64,000 bases of DNA from Eledone cirrhosa (lineage: Eukaryota): positions 39,184,001 through 39,248,000 of the forward strand of contig OZ024752.1 in the NCBI GenBank assembly GCA_964016885.1, in the 5' to 3' direction. Below are positions 38,396 to 51,300 of the stretch, piece by piece; the stretch's first letter is position 1, and each line of letters opens with the position of its first letter. Made by a program: the position numbers and the translations under genes. The notes under the pieces are model-generated. The model worked only from the letters and a program-made list of their open reading frames with translations. It had not been told where the DNA came from and made no database searches.

Positions 38396-38527
38396 ATGGA
38401 AAAGAAACAACTTTGTGAAAGAAGCTAGTTTGAAAAGTATTGAAGTCCAAAAAGATGTCAAACTTGATATCGATGAAGGAAATTTGCTTGCATCAGATCC
38501 CAATCCTCTTGAGTTAAAAAGATTAAG
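38396..38527 (+). pseudogene. RRS1: First coding exon of ribosome biogenesis regulator RRS1, ATG out of frame
   Basis: KSIEVQKDVKLDIDEGNLLASDPNPLELKRL resembles the recalled RRS1 N-terminus (ITVHKELELQFDLGNLLASDRNP). Donor AG/GTTAGT at 38527/8. The ATG at 38396 is 1 nt out of frame. No downstream exons found. Confidence 0.7.
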
Positions 38528-39439
38528 GTTAGTTTATAATGAATGTTTATCTCAAACATTTACCACTTGGCTTTTGATTATAGATCTTCTCCATTGTGAA
38601 TTAGCTCTTCTCGATACCATGTGCCCTGCCAAAAATGACAAATCATACCCTATCATCTGAATAACAAACTCAGTGGATAACACAGTCAGGATGGTCAAAA
38701 CTGGAATGGCTTTCATCGTAAGGTTTTATTGAAGCTGACAAAACGTTAAACAAAAGCAGAGGTCTGTTTACATAAACATCATCACACAAACTGTTAGAAA
38801 TAGCAGATAAATCGCACATTACATATTTGAATGTTTGACTAAAATATCATTGTAATTGAATCATTCAAACATTATCTGATTGAGCACTCAATACTGGTGG
38901 GTAGAGTTTAAATTTTCTTGTATTTGTACACACACAAGCCGACGAGGGAATCCTAAATGTAACGTGCATAATCCGGTGAATCGCACGAGATATTTTCATT
39001 CCCTTATTTCCTATTAATTTAACATTCAATCAGTCAACACAAGCCAAATATTCGACTGACACAGGACATAAGCTAATAATAATGATTAATGACAATAATC
39101 TTTAAATTTATTGCAAATTCACCCATGTGGAATCTCACACACTCACACAGGTTCTGATTCTACTGCAGTCTTGCCCATGCAGAATTTTACACAAACTCAC
39201 AATTTCTGATTTTACTGCGTATTTACCCATGCGAAATATTACACAAACTCACAGCCTTAGAATTTGTACTTCTAACCTTTTTATTTTCCTTCTTTTTGCA
39301 TGTTCTTCCACTGTATTTACCTGCCTCTCACATGACCACACTTATCTCCACACACTCATAATCTTCTCCCCCCTTCTCTACTTTCTATCCCTCCCTCTGC
39401 TCACCTCTCACTTTGTCCTCATGCACAGCCCACCTATGT

Positions 39440-40203
39440 CTTCGTTCAACCCGTTGGTGGCCCAATGTTTCGATCGAACTATCACCGGCGATTGCCGATT
39501 GATAAAGTTGCCTCCACTTTAACCTAGTCCACTCTAGGTGGCGGAGGCATGTGTTGAATGACCAAGAGACCTGCTTGGTGGAACGACTATGTTACAACAG
39601 GTCAGCCTTTGACCTCTCAGTTTACACCAGCTTCATGACGCACGAGAAGAGCTAACTTGTCTCCACTTACCCCCTCCTTCACCGCAGATTCCAAGCGAAT
39701 TCAACCCTGCCAACTCCACCACCCCTACAACTATTAGCCCACCACCCAACCTCCACTCTAGTCCCACCGTTAGAACCATTGCTGCCTCTTTTACTGACTC
39801 ACTCCCTCCACCAAATTCCAACGCTGGCCCTCTACTGCTGGCTGCTGCCAACCCACCACCTGATTGCGCTCTCTGTGCCCGCACTAGCCGGTACTTAAAG
39901 ACTATCAAACGTCACCTATGCCACGTAAGCTACCACAGAAGCTGTGTCGGCATCACCAAGGCTCAAGCCGAAAGGCTTCCATACTGGACCCGTGATCGGT
40001 GCCACTTCAGCTACGACGTATTCCATGGAGATGCCCCATGCTTCGATGACCACCTCTCTACTGAGGACTTTGCCACACCCCTCCAGAGTTTCTCCAAATC
40101 AAAGCTCGTCAACTGGATCCCTGAGGGAGCTCGGAATAGCTTTGCACATGCCCTCTCTCCTTACTGGTTGGTGACACCGGACTCAAGCTCTTGGAGTGTC
40201 TGA
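39440..40203 (+). mobile_element. 5' fragment of a CRE-like retrotransposon: structured leader, Pro-rich linker, degenerate PHD finger
   Basis: Open frame 39613-40203 has no usable start codon, so it is missing from the ORF track. It reads CALC...IKRHLCHVSYHRSCVGITKAQAERLPYWTRDRC, then WIPEGARNSFAHAL. Confidence 0.6.
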
Positions 40204-40517
40204 CTCAGTTTGCGAATCAGTTCTCTTTAGTAAACCTTCTCCTCTATATCCGCCCACTGTTCTTCAAGGTAGGGGAACTCGAGAGATTGCCTACGCATAG
40301 ACTTGTTTATGCTAAAAAGGGGGTAACCCAGAATTTGACTGTTAAATGTCACCCAGAGGTCAAGGTGGGGACAGATTCCGCTACATATGTGTACATACTT
40401 CATGTAAAAGTATATATGGTAATTTTACTTCAATTCCTTTAACAGTTAAGAGCAGCGTTATTGGTTTATTTCCCCAAGTATTTGTGCTGAATATTCAATT
40501 AATAATAAATAATTCAT

Positions 40518-41640
40518 AGTAATTTTATACCACACCACCTCAGTAACTATAGTTTACCAAGTAATTTTATACCACACCACCTCACTAACTATAGTATACC
40601 AAGTAATTTTATACCACACCACCTCGGTAACTATAGTTTGCCAAGTAATTTTATACCACACCACCTCAATAACTATAGTTTACCAAGTAATTTTATACCA
40701 CACCACCTCAATAACTATAGTTTACCAAGTAATTTTATACCACACCACCTCAATAACTATAGTTTGCCAAGTAACTTTATACCACACCACTTCAATAACT
40801 ATAGTTAGCCAAGTAATTTTATACCACACCACCTCAATAACTATAGTTAGCCAAGTAATTTTATACCACACCACCTCAATAACTATAGTATACCAAGTAA
40901 TTTTATACCACACCACCTCAATAACTATAGTATACCAAGTAATTTTATACCACACCACTTCAATAACTATAGTTAGCCAAGTAATTTTATACCACACCAC
41001 CTCAATAACTATAGTTTGCCAAGTAATTTTATACCACACCACCTCAATAACTATAGTTTGCCAAGTAATTTTATACCACACCACCTCAATAACTATAGTT
41101 TGCCAAGTAATTTTATACCACACCACCTCAGTAACTATAGTTTACCAAGTAATTTTATACCACACCACCTCAGTAACTATAGTATACCAAGTAATTTCAT
41201 ATTATATCACCACAGTAACTATAGTATACCAAGTAATTTTATACCACACCACCTCAATAACTATAGTATACCAAATAATTTCATACTACACCACCTCAGT
41301 AACTATAGTTTGCCAAGTAATTTCATACTACACCACCTCTAACTATAGTTTGCCAAGTAATTTTATACTACACCACCTCAGTAACTATAGTTTGCCAAGT
41401 AATTTTATACAACACCACCTCAATAACTATAGTATACCAAATAATTTCATACTACACCACCTCTAACTATAGTTTGCCAAGTAATTTCACATTATATCAC
41501 CACAGTAACTATAGTATACCAAGTAATTTTATATTATATCACCAAGTAATTTCATAATACACCACCTCAGTAACTATAGATTACCATGTAATTTTATACT
41601 ATACCATCTCAGTAACAATAGTTTACCAAGTAATTTCATA
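40518..41640. repeat. 42-bp minisatellite, about 26 copies, degenerating rightwards
   Basis: Unit AGTAATTTTATACCACACCACCTCAATAACTATAGTTTGCCA. Confidence 0.95.
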
Positions 41641-44600
41641 TTTCCTTGGGTTGTGAGAGATGTATCACATTTGTCACACCAAATACCTTGTTGTTTGTTT
41701 TATAACAATAAGACCACTGGCCCTGACAATGAATATGTTTCTCTTGTTCACCCTGACATCCTAAACAACATCTGGAAAATAGCTACTCCGCTAATCAATT
41801 TAATGTCACTCATTGACACACTAGAATCACAGATCCACAGACTTCATGTCTCCCCTCTCTCTGTCTCTTATACCATTTCTACAATGATATCTCCTCTTTG
41901 AAACTTGCTAGTTTCATACCACCTCAACACTTAATTCCCTTACCTCTCCTTGTTGTGTCCAGGCCTCACACTAACCACTACCCTCAGTCCTTCTTGCCCA
42001 CAACATTTATATTATGGAACACAACCCCTCTTTATGTCTTTCCAGAAGGAGTGGACATCAACAATCTTAAAACAAAACACCAATAGCATCAATATCTTTG
42101 GTCCCAGAAGATCTGTTAAGGCCTTGGGCACTGTCCCTTCCTACAGACCTACCAAGTAAAACAATAAATACTTACTTTTAGGAGTGTTTGGATGATTAAT
42201 ATAAATATCCTCGGCACCAGCAGCAGCTTTATCTATAAGAGAGGAAATGAAAAATGAGTAAATGTACTGCTTGTGGTGCTTGATATCTGAAGGCTACAGA
42301 GAAATGAAGTGGGCATGATCATATGGGTGTGTGATGTTAATGTACATGATTGACAAAGCATGGATGAGTTGAGAGGAAAACTATGTATAAGAGGAATCAA
42401 ATGGATGATGATCATTGAAACAAGAAATGTTAAGAGAGACAAGAGGAAGAAAGATGCAGTAGAGGAAGACTGAGGAGGGCTTCAGTAGATGTGGAGAGAT
42501 CTGATCTCAGCAGACTGAACCTCATAGAAGAGATTATGGATGTATGATATAAAGTAGAAGGAAACTGTGCTTGAAAGGACCCATACAGCCCATGAAAACA
42601 TGAAAAAATAGATGTAAAAAGGCGATAATGATATATATATAAACAACATTCAATTTGGCTAAAATTATGTAATCTAAATAAACTCTGAAATATTGATAAT
42701 TTTCTCACTGAATTTGTTTATTTGTTTAATTAAAATATTAAAAATTAAGAATTTTGAAAAATACATGTTTTTAAAAATCAAAAATATATGTTCTATTATC
42801 TTCTAACATATCAGAACCATCTGCTGTCCATCTTTTTTCATTCTAGCTATTAACAATTTACTGGTAAGAAGATCAACAACCATTTACTTCTGCTTCTTGT
42901 CTTTTTTGTTCTTATTTAATGCTTCCATTAATTTATTCATATTTTCTGGATCCATCTCCTTGACTTCCATTTTTTATAATACATAATATGTTTATTTAGT
43001 CATTTGATAGGATCCATTAGTAATTTTTCTTGAGAAGAGATGATGTGGCAGATTAAAAGAAGAGAAAGCGAGAATGATTACGTAACAGTATTGGAATAGG
43101 TTCTAAAGAAAGGTTGAAAGTTATGAAGTAGAAGCAAAGTTACAAAATAATATATTTTGATATGACAACGTGAAGGGCTATATTTAAGTGACTGAGTGAA
43201 TTAGAAATAAATATTTATAAAATTAAATTATTATTCAACAAAAGAAAAATGGGGAAAACAAAAGTTATAAGATAAATAAGTCTTTAAATAATACCTAGTT
43301 CCAAATAATCAATCGAATCATAGGTGTCATCTGAAATTGTAAGAATAAAAATATATATTATTGTATATTTTCTGAATTTCTTTTGAATATTGAAATTCCT
43401 TCATTGTGAAAATAATTAAATTTATGACTATATTAAGTTAATAATATTATTTTTAATTTTAAGGGGCTTCTTAAAAAATAAAGTCGTTTGCAAGACAAAT
43501 ACATTCTAATCCTGAAGCACATATATGTTCTTCTTAAACAATTTTTACATGTATGGTATAGAGATGCAATAAATGGTATTTTCTATTCTAAAGTATGACA
43601 TACACACACACACATATATATATATACAATGTGTGTGTATGTGTATGTGTCTTCAAAATAGAGAAAGAGAGGGGAGGGTTTGAGGTGGATGGAGAGTGAG
43701 AAATAGACAAAAATATTTTCCAAGCCTAAAGAAGAAATCAGTTTGGTTATTCTCCTTCTTCGAATTATTAGTGGTTTGGCAGTATTGGTAGAGCATTAGA
43801 TACCACGTTTTGCAGCATAGAGTTATGGCCCTTTTCGTTCTGAGTTCAAATCCCGTCGAGGTTAACTTTGCCTTTCATCCTTACAGGATGAATGGCACTG
43901 GGTAATTGCTGGCCTCGTGCCAAAAGTAGAAACAATTATTATTATTATCTACTTCTTTTTCTTCTTTTTCACCCACATATTCCTGGGATGGTCATGGGAG
44001 CAAAGTCCTAAAGCATGCCTTTGACACTATTGGCATGCAGTTAGAATATCTCAAAAAAGAAACGCTGGACAAATTTTATGGGCAAAACCAACCTTCTTCT
44101 TTGGCCACATATTTCTGAGAGACTCATGGGGTCAGAGTTCTTAAACACTCCTTTGGGTGAGTCTGGTTAGAAGCAAGCAATTCCAACAGATCTGACTGGA
44201 TCTCCAAGCACCACCCACTATGTTCATGTATTTTACCCAACCATCTCACTTGGGGTCTACTCTGGATCTTGTGCTGGTTGGTTTTGTCTATAAAATATGT
44301 CCAGCAATTCTTTCTTGAGACATTCTAACATGCCGAAAGTATTGCAGCTGGGATGTCTCAATCTAGAGAAATAACAGCTCTACCTGTAGTGCTTCTCTGA
44401 TCTCTGAGCTATGCATTCTATCAAGTAACATTACTCAAAAGACCTTTCAGTGGAACCACATTTCGGCCCCCCTTGTATTCACAATCGTATTCTTTCTCAA
44501 CAGTTCTGTTCTGCTAGAGAACAGGACCGCAGGTAGCAGATGGCGATAAGGTCACCAGATACAATGGTTAGTTGCAATATAATCTAGTAGCTTCCAGATG

Positions 44601-45062
44601 TATGAGCAAACCCGGACAAAGAGCGGTACATTACGAGGGGATATGAAGCAATGGCTGACACCTGTAGCTCACAAGAAAACTGTCACAACCCAGTGATGTA
44701 GATATGATGAGGTGAGTAAAGGCCACCTCTAAAAAAGACTAGTCTTGACGGGTTTGAGAAAATACCAGATTATTGACTGGCATAAATAAGACCACCAAAA
44801 CTGCAATATGGTGAGAGCTAAGAAAAAGAATCATACTGCATTGTCTTTCACATTGAATATCAAGGATGCATTCAGGCCTTAGACAGTGGGGCATGTTCAA
44901 AGAATATATTTCAGTCCCTATTTCCTACTGTAAAACCTGGTGATGTGTCTGCAACCTGTCCTGGGAGGAGTGGCATGGATGCACAAAGTTTGTGTATCTC
45001 GAGACTCCAAAGAGTGTTCGAAATTGAGCAAACATTGACTGTTTGGTATTTAGTTTTGTATA

Positions 45063-48000
45063 TCATCATCATCATCATCATCATCATTTTACGTCCGCTT
45101 GCAAGGGCGGGACGGGTCTTATTGAACACAGCATCTCTCCACTCGTCACGGTCCTTCGTCATCTCCACCGTGAGCTTCAATTATCTGAGGTCTGTTCTCA
45201 CCACCTCTGCCTATGTTTTTTGTGGTCTACCTCTACCACGTCTTCCTTCAACTGGCATTTCCTGGCACTTCTTCACCCATCGGTCATCCTCCATGCGCAT
45301 CACATGTCCATACCACCCCAGTCTCCTCTCCCATACACTACATTCTATCCCTCTCAGACACAGTTTCTCTCTCAACACATTCATGCTGGGTCTTTCATGC
45401 ACATTTACACTGCACATCCAACGGAGCATGCTTGCCTCATTTCTCTCCAGCCGTTGCATATCCTCTGCAGATGCTGCCCATGTCTCACTACCATGCAGCA
45501 TCACGCTCCTCACACAGGCATCATACAACCGTTCTTTCGTACGCAGGGAGAAACCCTTCTTCGTCAACAGAGGAAGCAGCTCCCTAAACTTCTTCCAACC
45601 CGTCCTTATTCTAGATACTATGGCCTCGGAACACCCTCCTCCCATGCTAATCTGATCTCCTAGGTACCGGAAGCTATCCACCACTTCTATAGCGCCCTCT
45701 TGCATTTGAAAAATGTGTCTATCAATGCGACTTCTACTGTCTAATTTCCCTGTACATCTACTGCATACATATTTCTCCCTACCTGTTAGTTTGCCTGCTA
45801 TCCCGCTACATCTCTTGTGTACCCAGGATCTGCATTGTGTGCATTTTATAGAATTTATGCCAGTTCCTTTTCTGCATATCGAACATGGCCATTTCCCTGA
45901 CGGAATCAGGGTTTTGTCCTCTTTTCTACTCATCAACACTTTTGTCTTAGCTAGGTTCACTCTCAGTCCTCTTGCTTCCAACTGCTGTTTCCATAGCCAG
46001 AATTTATTCTCTAGCTCCTCTACTGATTCTGCTATAAGAACCAGATCGTCAGCATAGAGAAGTTCCCATGGACAGCCAGTCTTAAACTCCTCTGTTATGG
46101 CTTGGAGGACTATAATGAACAAGAGCGGGCTGAGGACCGAACCCTGATGTACTCCTACTTGTATCTGGAATTCCTCACTAAACTCCATTCCTACCCTGAC
46201 TTCACTGAGAGTACCTCTGTACAAAGTTTGCACTGTCCTCACAAGCCATTCCTCAACATCTAGCTTCCTTAGGGACCACCAGATGACAGATCGGGGTACC
46301 CTATCAAAGGCCTTCTCTAGGTCAACAAAGGCTAAGTATAGTGGCTTATTTTTCTCTAAGAACCTCTCTTGCAATTGTCTCACCAAGAAGAGGGCATCTG
46401 TTGTACTCTTCCCAGGCACAAAACCAAACTGCATCTCATGTAGTTTGAACCTTTCTCTAATTAGTTGTGCTAATATCCTTTCGGCCACTTTCATAACCTG
46501 ATCTATCAGTTTTATACCCCTATAATTGCTCCTCTCCAGAGCACCCCCTTTACCATTGTAGCAATTTATGAGAATACTGCTGCACCAGTCTTTGGGTATG
46601 ACCACCATATATAGCCTGATTGATGATGCGTGCAACCAGTTTATTGCCTACGTCCCCTGATGCCTTCAGCATCTCAGCAACTATTCCCGATGGTCCAGCA
46701 GCCTTACCATTTTTCATTTCCTTAATCGCCTCTTGGACCCTCTATTCGTCAATCTCAATAGCTGGTCCCTCTGTCAGATCTACTGAGGGTAATTTCTCTC
46801 TCTCCCATTCGTTCTCCACATTCATCAGTCTCTCATAATGACATTTCCAGGCCTCCTTTTTCTGATCATTCGTGACACTAAGTACACCGGGATCAACCTG
46901 GACACATTTATCTCCAACAACATCCTGATTTGCATTGACACACTGCCTTGCAATGTGGAACACTGCACGACTCTGATCTTCCCGTCGCAGAACATTGGCA
47001 AACCTCCTACTCTCCGCCTCCCTGCGTGCTAAGTACACCTGACGTCTAGCTTCTCTCTTAGTGGCTGTATATTCTTCCCTACTCCCACCCTTTTTCCAAG
47101 CCTTCCATGCTAGTCTTTTGTCTCTAATAGCCTTATCTACTGTGCTGTTCCACCACCAGGTCACTCTCTGTCTGGTTGGAGCTCTGCTCCAGCCACAAGT
47201 TTCATCAGTAGCCTGCAGCAAGTTGTCACGTAAGAAATTCCAGTTATTATCTATGTCATACTTCTCTAAATCATCTTCTTTTTCGTCATATACATCTTGA
47301 AGGGCTTTCCTGAATTTGTATTTTAGTGAAAGGTCTTTTAGCTTCCAGACCTTTCTTCTCCACACCTTCCTATATGTCTCATTCCATCTCTTGCTTACTG
47401 AGATATCACTAACAACTAACCTATACTGTGGGGTACATTCTTCCCCATTGTATGCCTTGGTATTAGACACCCTCTGCCTGCCCACTGCCTAACTAGTAAG
47501 AAGTCAATCTGGCTTATGTGCTCACCAGATTTGTAGGTTATTAGGTGATTGGCAGGTTTCTGGAAGTTTGTGTTGCAAATAGTCAATGTACCTGCATCAC
47601 AAAATTCAAGAAGTCTCACTCCTTCTTCATTTCTTGAACTGTAACCGTGCCCACCAGTGTAACCATCCTGGAGCTGTCCAACATGACCATTGAAGTCTCC
47701 TGATAGCATATGATGTCTCCGTCCTCTGTCATTGCGGTTGTTTGTAAAAGTTGCTCGTAAAAGCAGTCTTTCTCATCTTTGCCTAAGCCTGCTTGGGGAG
47801 CATAGACCGAGATGATTGTCAGTAGTCTCCTACCTACAACTAATCTAAGCTTAATTACTCGATTACTAACTTGAACTACCTCTATTGTCTTATTGATACA
47901 TTTCTCAGCCAGGAAAATGCCTACTCCCCCTAACCCATCATCCTTGCCTACCCAGAATTGCTTATAGCTAAGACGCTTGCCTACGACTAGTCTCGCAGAG

Positions 48001-48340
48001 GCACCTCTCCATTTCACCTCTTGCACGCAGCACACATCCACCTGCCTTCTCTCCAGCATCTCCGCTATTTCAGCACATCTACCTCTGAGAGTGCCAACAT
48101 ATAAGTGTTGCAACTCTGAGATGCGAGGTCTTCATATTTTCTTGTTGTTCCTATTTGTTGCTGTGCTGATAAGCGTTTTGGCATTGATACACTGGTTGGA
48201 TGCCCTTCCTAATACCAGCGCCACTTTACAGCATGGACTGGATGCTTTTATTTCTGCCACCAGCACTAGAGAGGATGTCTTACTAGACGCAAGGGCCCTC
48301 TCTACCCCTCCATTTTACAGCATGGTCATTAAAAAAAAAA
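45063..48340 (-). mobile_element. Near full-length RTE LINE (APE endonuclease + RT), disrupted
   Basis: VGTL/CVQE, ISVYAPQ, GDFNGHVG and SQIDFLL (APE); QFGFVPG, AFVDLEKAFD, GVHQGSVLSP and YADD (RT); (GAT)n tail; frameshifts and a stop. Confidence 0.97.
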
Positions 48341-51300
48341 ATATATATATATGCATAGCCCAGAGATTAGAATAGCTACTGTTAGGTCCATTACTTCTCT
48401 GATAGTATGGACATGAGATCAGAATATTTAAGTAAAGAATTGTTCCACAGATTTTATAAGAATAACCAACTGGCAGAACACCCAGTGGTAGACCCTAGAA
48501 ACAAGATGTTTGGATGAGATTCATGAGCTCAACTGGTAATGCTTGGGGATCTAGCTGGATCAATTGGAAACATTTCCTTCTGACAGGATCTGCTCGAAGG
48601 CATGCTTCAGGATTTGCCTCCATGACCCTCTCAGGAATAAGTTGAAGAAGAGGAAAATGAAGAAGCGAATTGAGAAGGTGATGGTGGTGGAGAGGAAGAA
48701 GAAGAAGACGATTAGTTTGAGTCTCATTAGTTGTATCTTAGAAACAATTAATAGTAGGCTCAAAATAATACTCAACATTCCATATACACAACAAATACTC
48801 AAGCCTTTAAATTCTCCAAGTTGTTAACTTATAGCTGTACTCCAGTAGTTCAGATAAAAAGAAAAATAACGCCTAGAATACCTGGAGAAAGTCACCTTTC
48901 TCCCAAAACTGGGCAGTGTCCTTCCAGCATCATAACTTTTGTAAATCTACTATTCAAAGTGTGAAGGGAGCCTCTCTATATAAAAGAGCTCTCAAAGCTT
49001 TCTAGCTTCCCAAACAGCATTTAATTTACCTGGTTTCTTGCTAAAATTATGGCTACCAATTTTGCAGAATTCTCATTTCCTCTACTCCTCAAACAATAGT
49101 TCTGTGAACAGCTCTCTCAAGGAGAAAGCCTCCACCTTTGCATGCGAGTCTACCCTACACATACATAGTGAATCTCCCCTCAACCTATCGACTCTATCCC
49201 ATATGAAGCCCTACTCTTCATTCATAAACACCAAATACCTTGTTTGTTTCATAACAATAAGGCCACTGGCCCTGACAATGAATATGTTTCCCTTGTTCAC
49301 CCTGACATCCTAAACAACATCTGGAAAATAGCTACTCTGCTATTCAATTTAAAGTAACCCATTGACACACTAGAATCACAGATCCACAGACATCATGTCT
49401 CCCCTCTCTCTGTCTCTTATACCATTACTGCAATGATATCTCCTCTTTGAAACTTGCTAGTTTCATACCACCTCAACACTTAATTCCCTTACCTCTCCTT
49501 GTTGTGTCCAGGCCTCACACTAACCACTACCCTCAGTCCTTCTTGCCCACAATATTTATATTATGGAACTCAACTCCTCTTCATGTCTTTCCAGTTGGAG
49601 TGGACATCAACAATCTTAAACAAAACACCAATAGCATCAATATCTTTGGTCCCAGAAGACCTGTTAAGGCCTTGGGCACTGTCCCTTCCTACAGACCTAC
49701 AAAGTAAAACAATAAATACTTACTTTTAGGAGTGTTTGGATCATTAACATAAATATCCTTGGCACCAGCAGCAGCTTTATCTATAAGAGAGGAAATGAAA
49801 AATGAGTAAATGTACTGCTTGTGTTGCTTGATATCTGAAGGCTAGAGAGAAATGAAGTGGGCATGATAATATGGATGTGTGATGTTAATGTACATGATTG
49901 ACAAAGCATGGATGAGTTGAGAGGAAAACTATGTATAAGAGGAATCAAATGGATGATCATTGAAGCAAGAAATGTTAAGAGAGACAAGAGGAAGAAAGAT
50001 GCAGTAGAGGAAGACTGAGGAGGGCTTCGGTAGATGTGGAGAGATCTGATCTCAGCAGACTGAACCTCACAGAAGAGATTATGAATGCATGATATAAAGT
50101 AGAAGGAAACTGTGCTTGAAAAGACCCATACAGCCCATGAAAACATGAAAAAATAGATGTAAAAAGGTGATAATGATATATATATAAACAACATTCAATT
50201 TGGCTATAATTATGTAATCTAAATAAACTCTGAAATATTGATAATTTTCTCACTGAATTTGTTTATTTGTTTAATTAAAATATTAAAAATTAAGAATTCT
50301 GAAAAATACATGTTTTTAAAAATCAAAAATATATGTTCTATTATCTTCTAACATATCAGAACCATCTGCTGTCCATCTTTTTTCATTCTAGCTATTAACA
50401 ATTTACTGGTAAGAAGATCAACAACCATTTACTTCTGCTTCTTGTCTTTTTTTTTCTTATTTAATGCTTCCATTAATTTATTCATATTTTCTGGATCCAT
50501 CTCCTTGACTTCCATTTTTTATAATACATAATATGTTTATTTAGTCATTTGATAGGATCCATTAGTAATTTTTCTTGAGAAGAGATGATGTGGCAGATTC
50601 AAAGAAGAGAAAGCGAGAATGATTATTTAACAGTATTGGAATAGGTTCTAAAGAAAGGTTGAAAGTTATGAAGTAGAAGCAAATTTACAAAGTAATATAT
50701 TTTGATATGACAACGTGATGGGCTATATTTAAGTGACTGAGTGAATTAGAAATAAATATTTATAAAATTAAATTATTATTTATCAAAAGAAAAATGGGGA
50801 AAACAAAAGTTATAAGATAAATAAGTCTTTAAATAATACCTAGTTCCAAATAATCAATCGAATCATAGGTGTCATCTGAAATTGTAAGAATAAAAATACA
50901 TATTATTGTATATTTTCTGAATTTCTTTTAAGTATTGAAATTCCTTCATTGCGAAAATAATTAAATTTATGACTATATTAAGTTAATAATATTATTTTTA
51001 ATTTTAAGGGGCTTCTTAAAAAATAAAGTCGTTTGCAAGACAAATACATTCTAATCCTGAAGCACATATATGTTCCTCTTAAACAATTTTTACATGTATG
51101 GTATAGAGATGCAATAAATGGTATTTTCTATTCTAAAGTATGACATACACAGACACACATATATATATATATATACAATGTGTGTGTGTATGTATGTGTC
51201 TTCAAAATAGAGAAAGAGAGGGGAGGGGTTGAGGTGGATGGAGAGTGAGAAATAGACAGAAATATTTTCCAAGCCTAAAGAAGAAATCAGTTAGGGTATT

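Noticed and set aside
38936-38985. CCGACGA...GAAT HHR-like remnant
   Set aside because: The core is degenerate and stems I-III cannot be formed convincingly.
40518-41640. TAACTATA homing-endonuclease-like site in the 42-bp repeat
   Set aside because: Only a short AT-rich coincidental match.
43830-43860. tRNA gene suggested by GAGTTCAAATCC (also 555-570, 51390 and 55657)
   Set aside because: No cloverleaf; these are SINE heads or SINE-like remnants.
48564-48827. Triplicated 87-aa Lys-rich ORF
   Set aside because: It overlaps a decayed RTE tail and GAA-rich low-complexity sequence; its recurrence reflects the segmental duplication.
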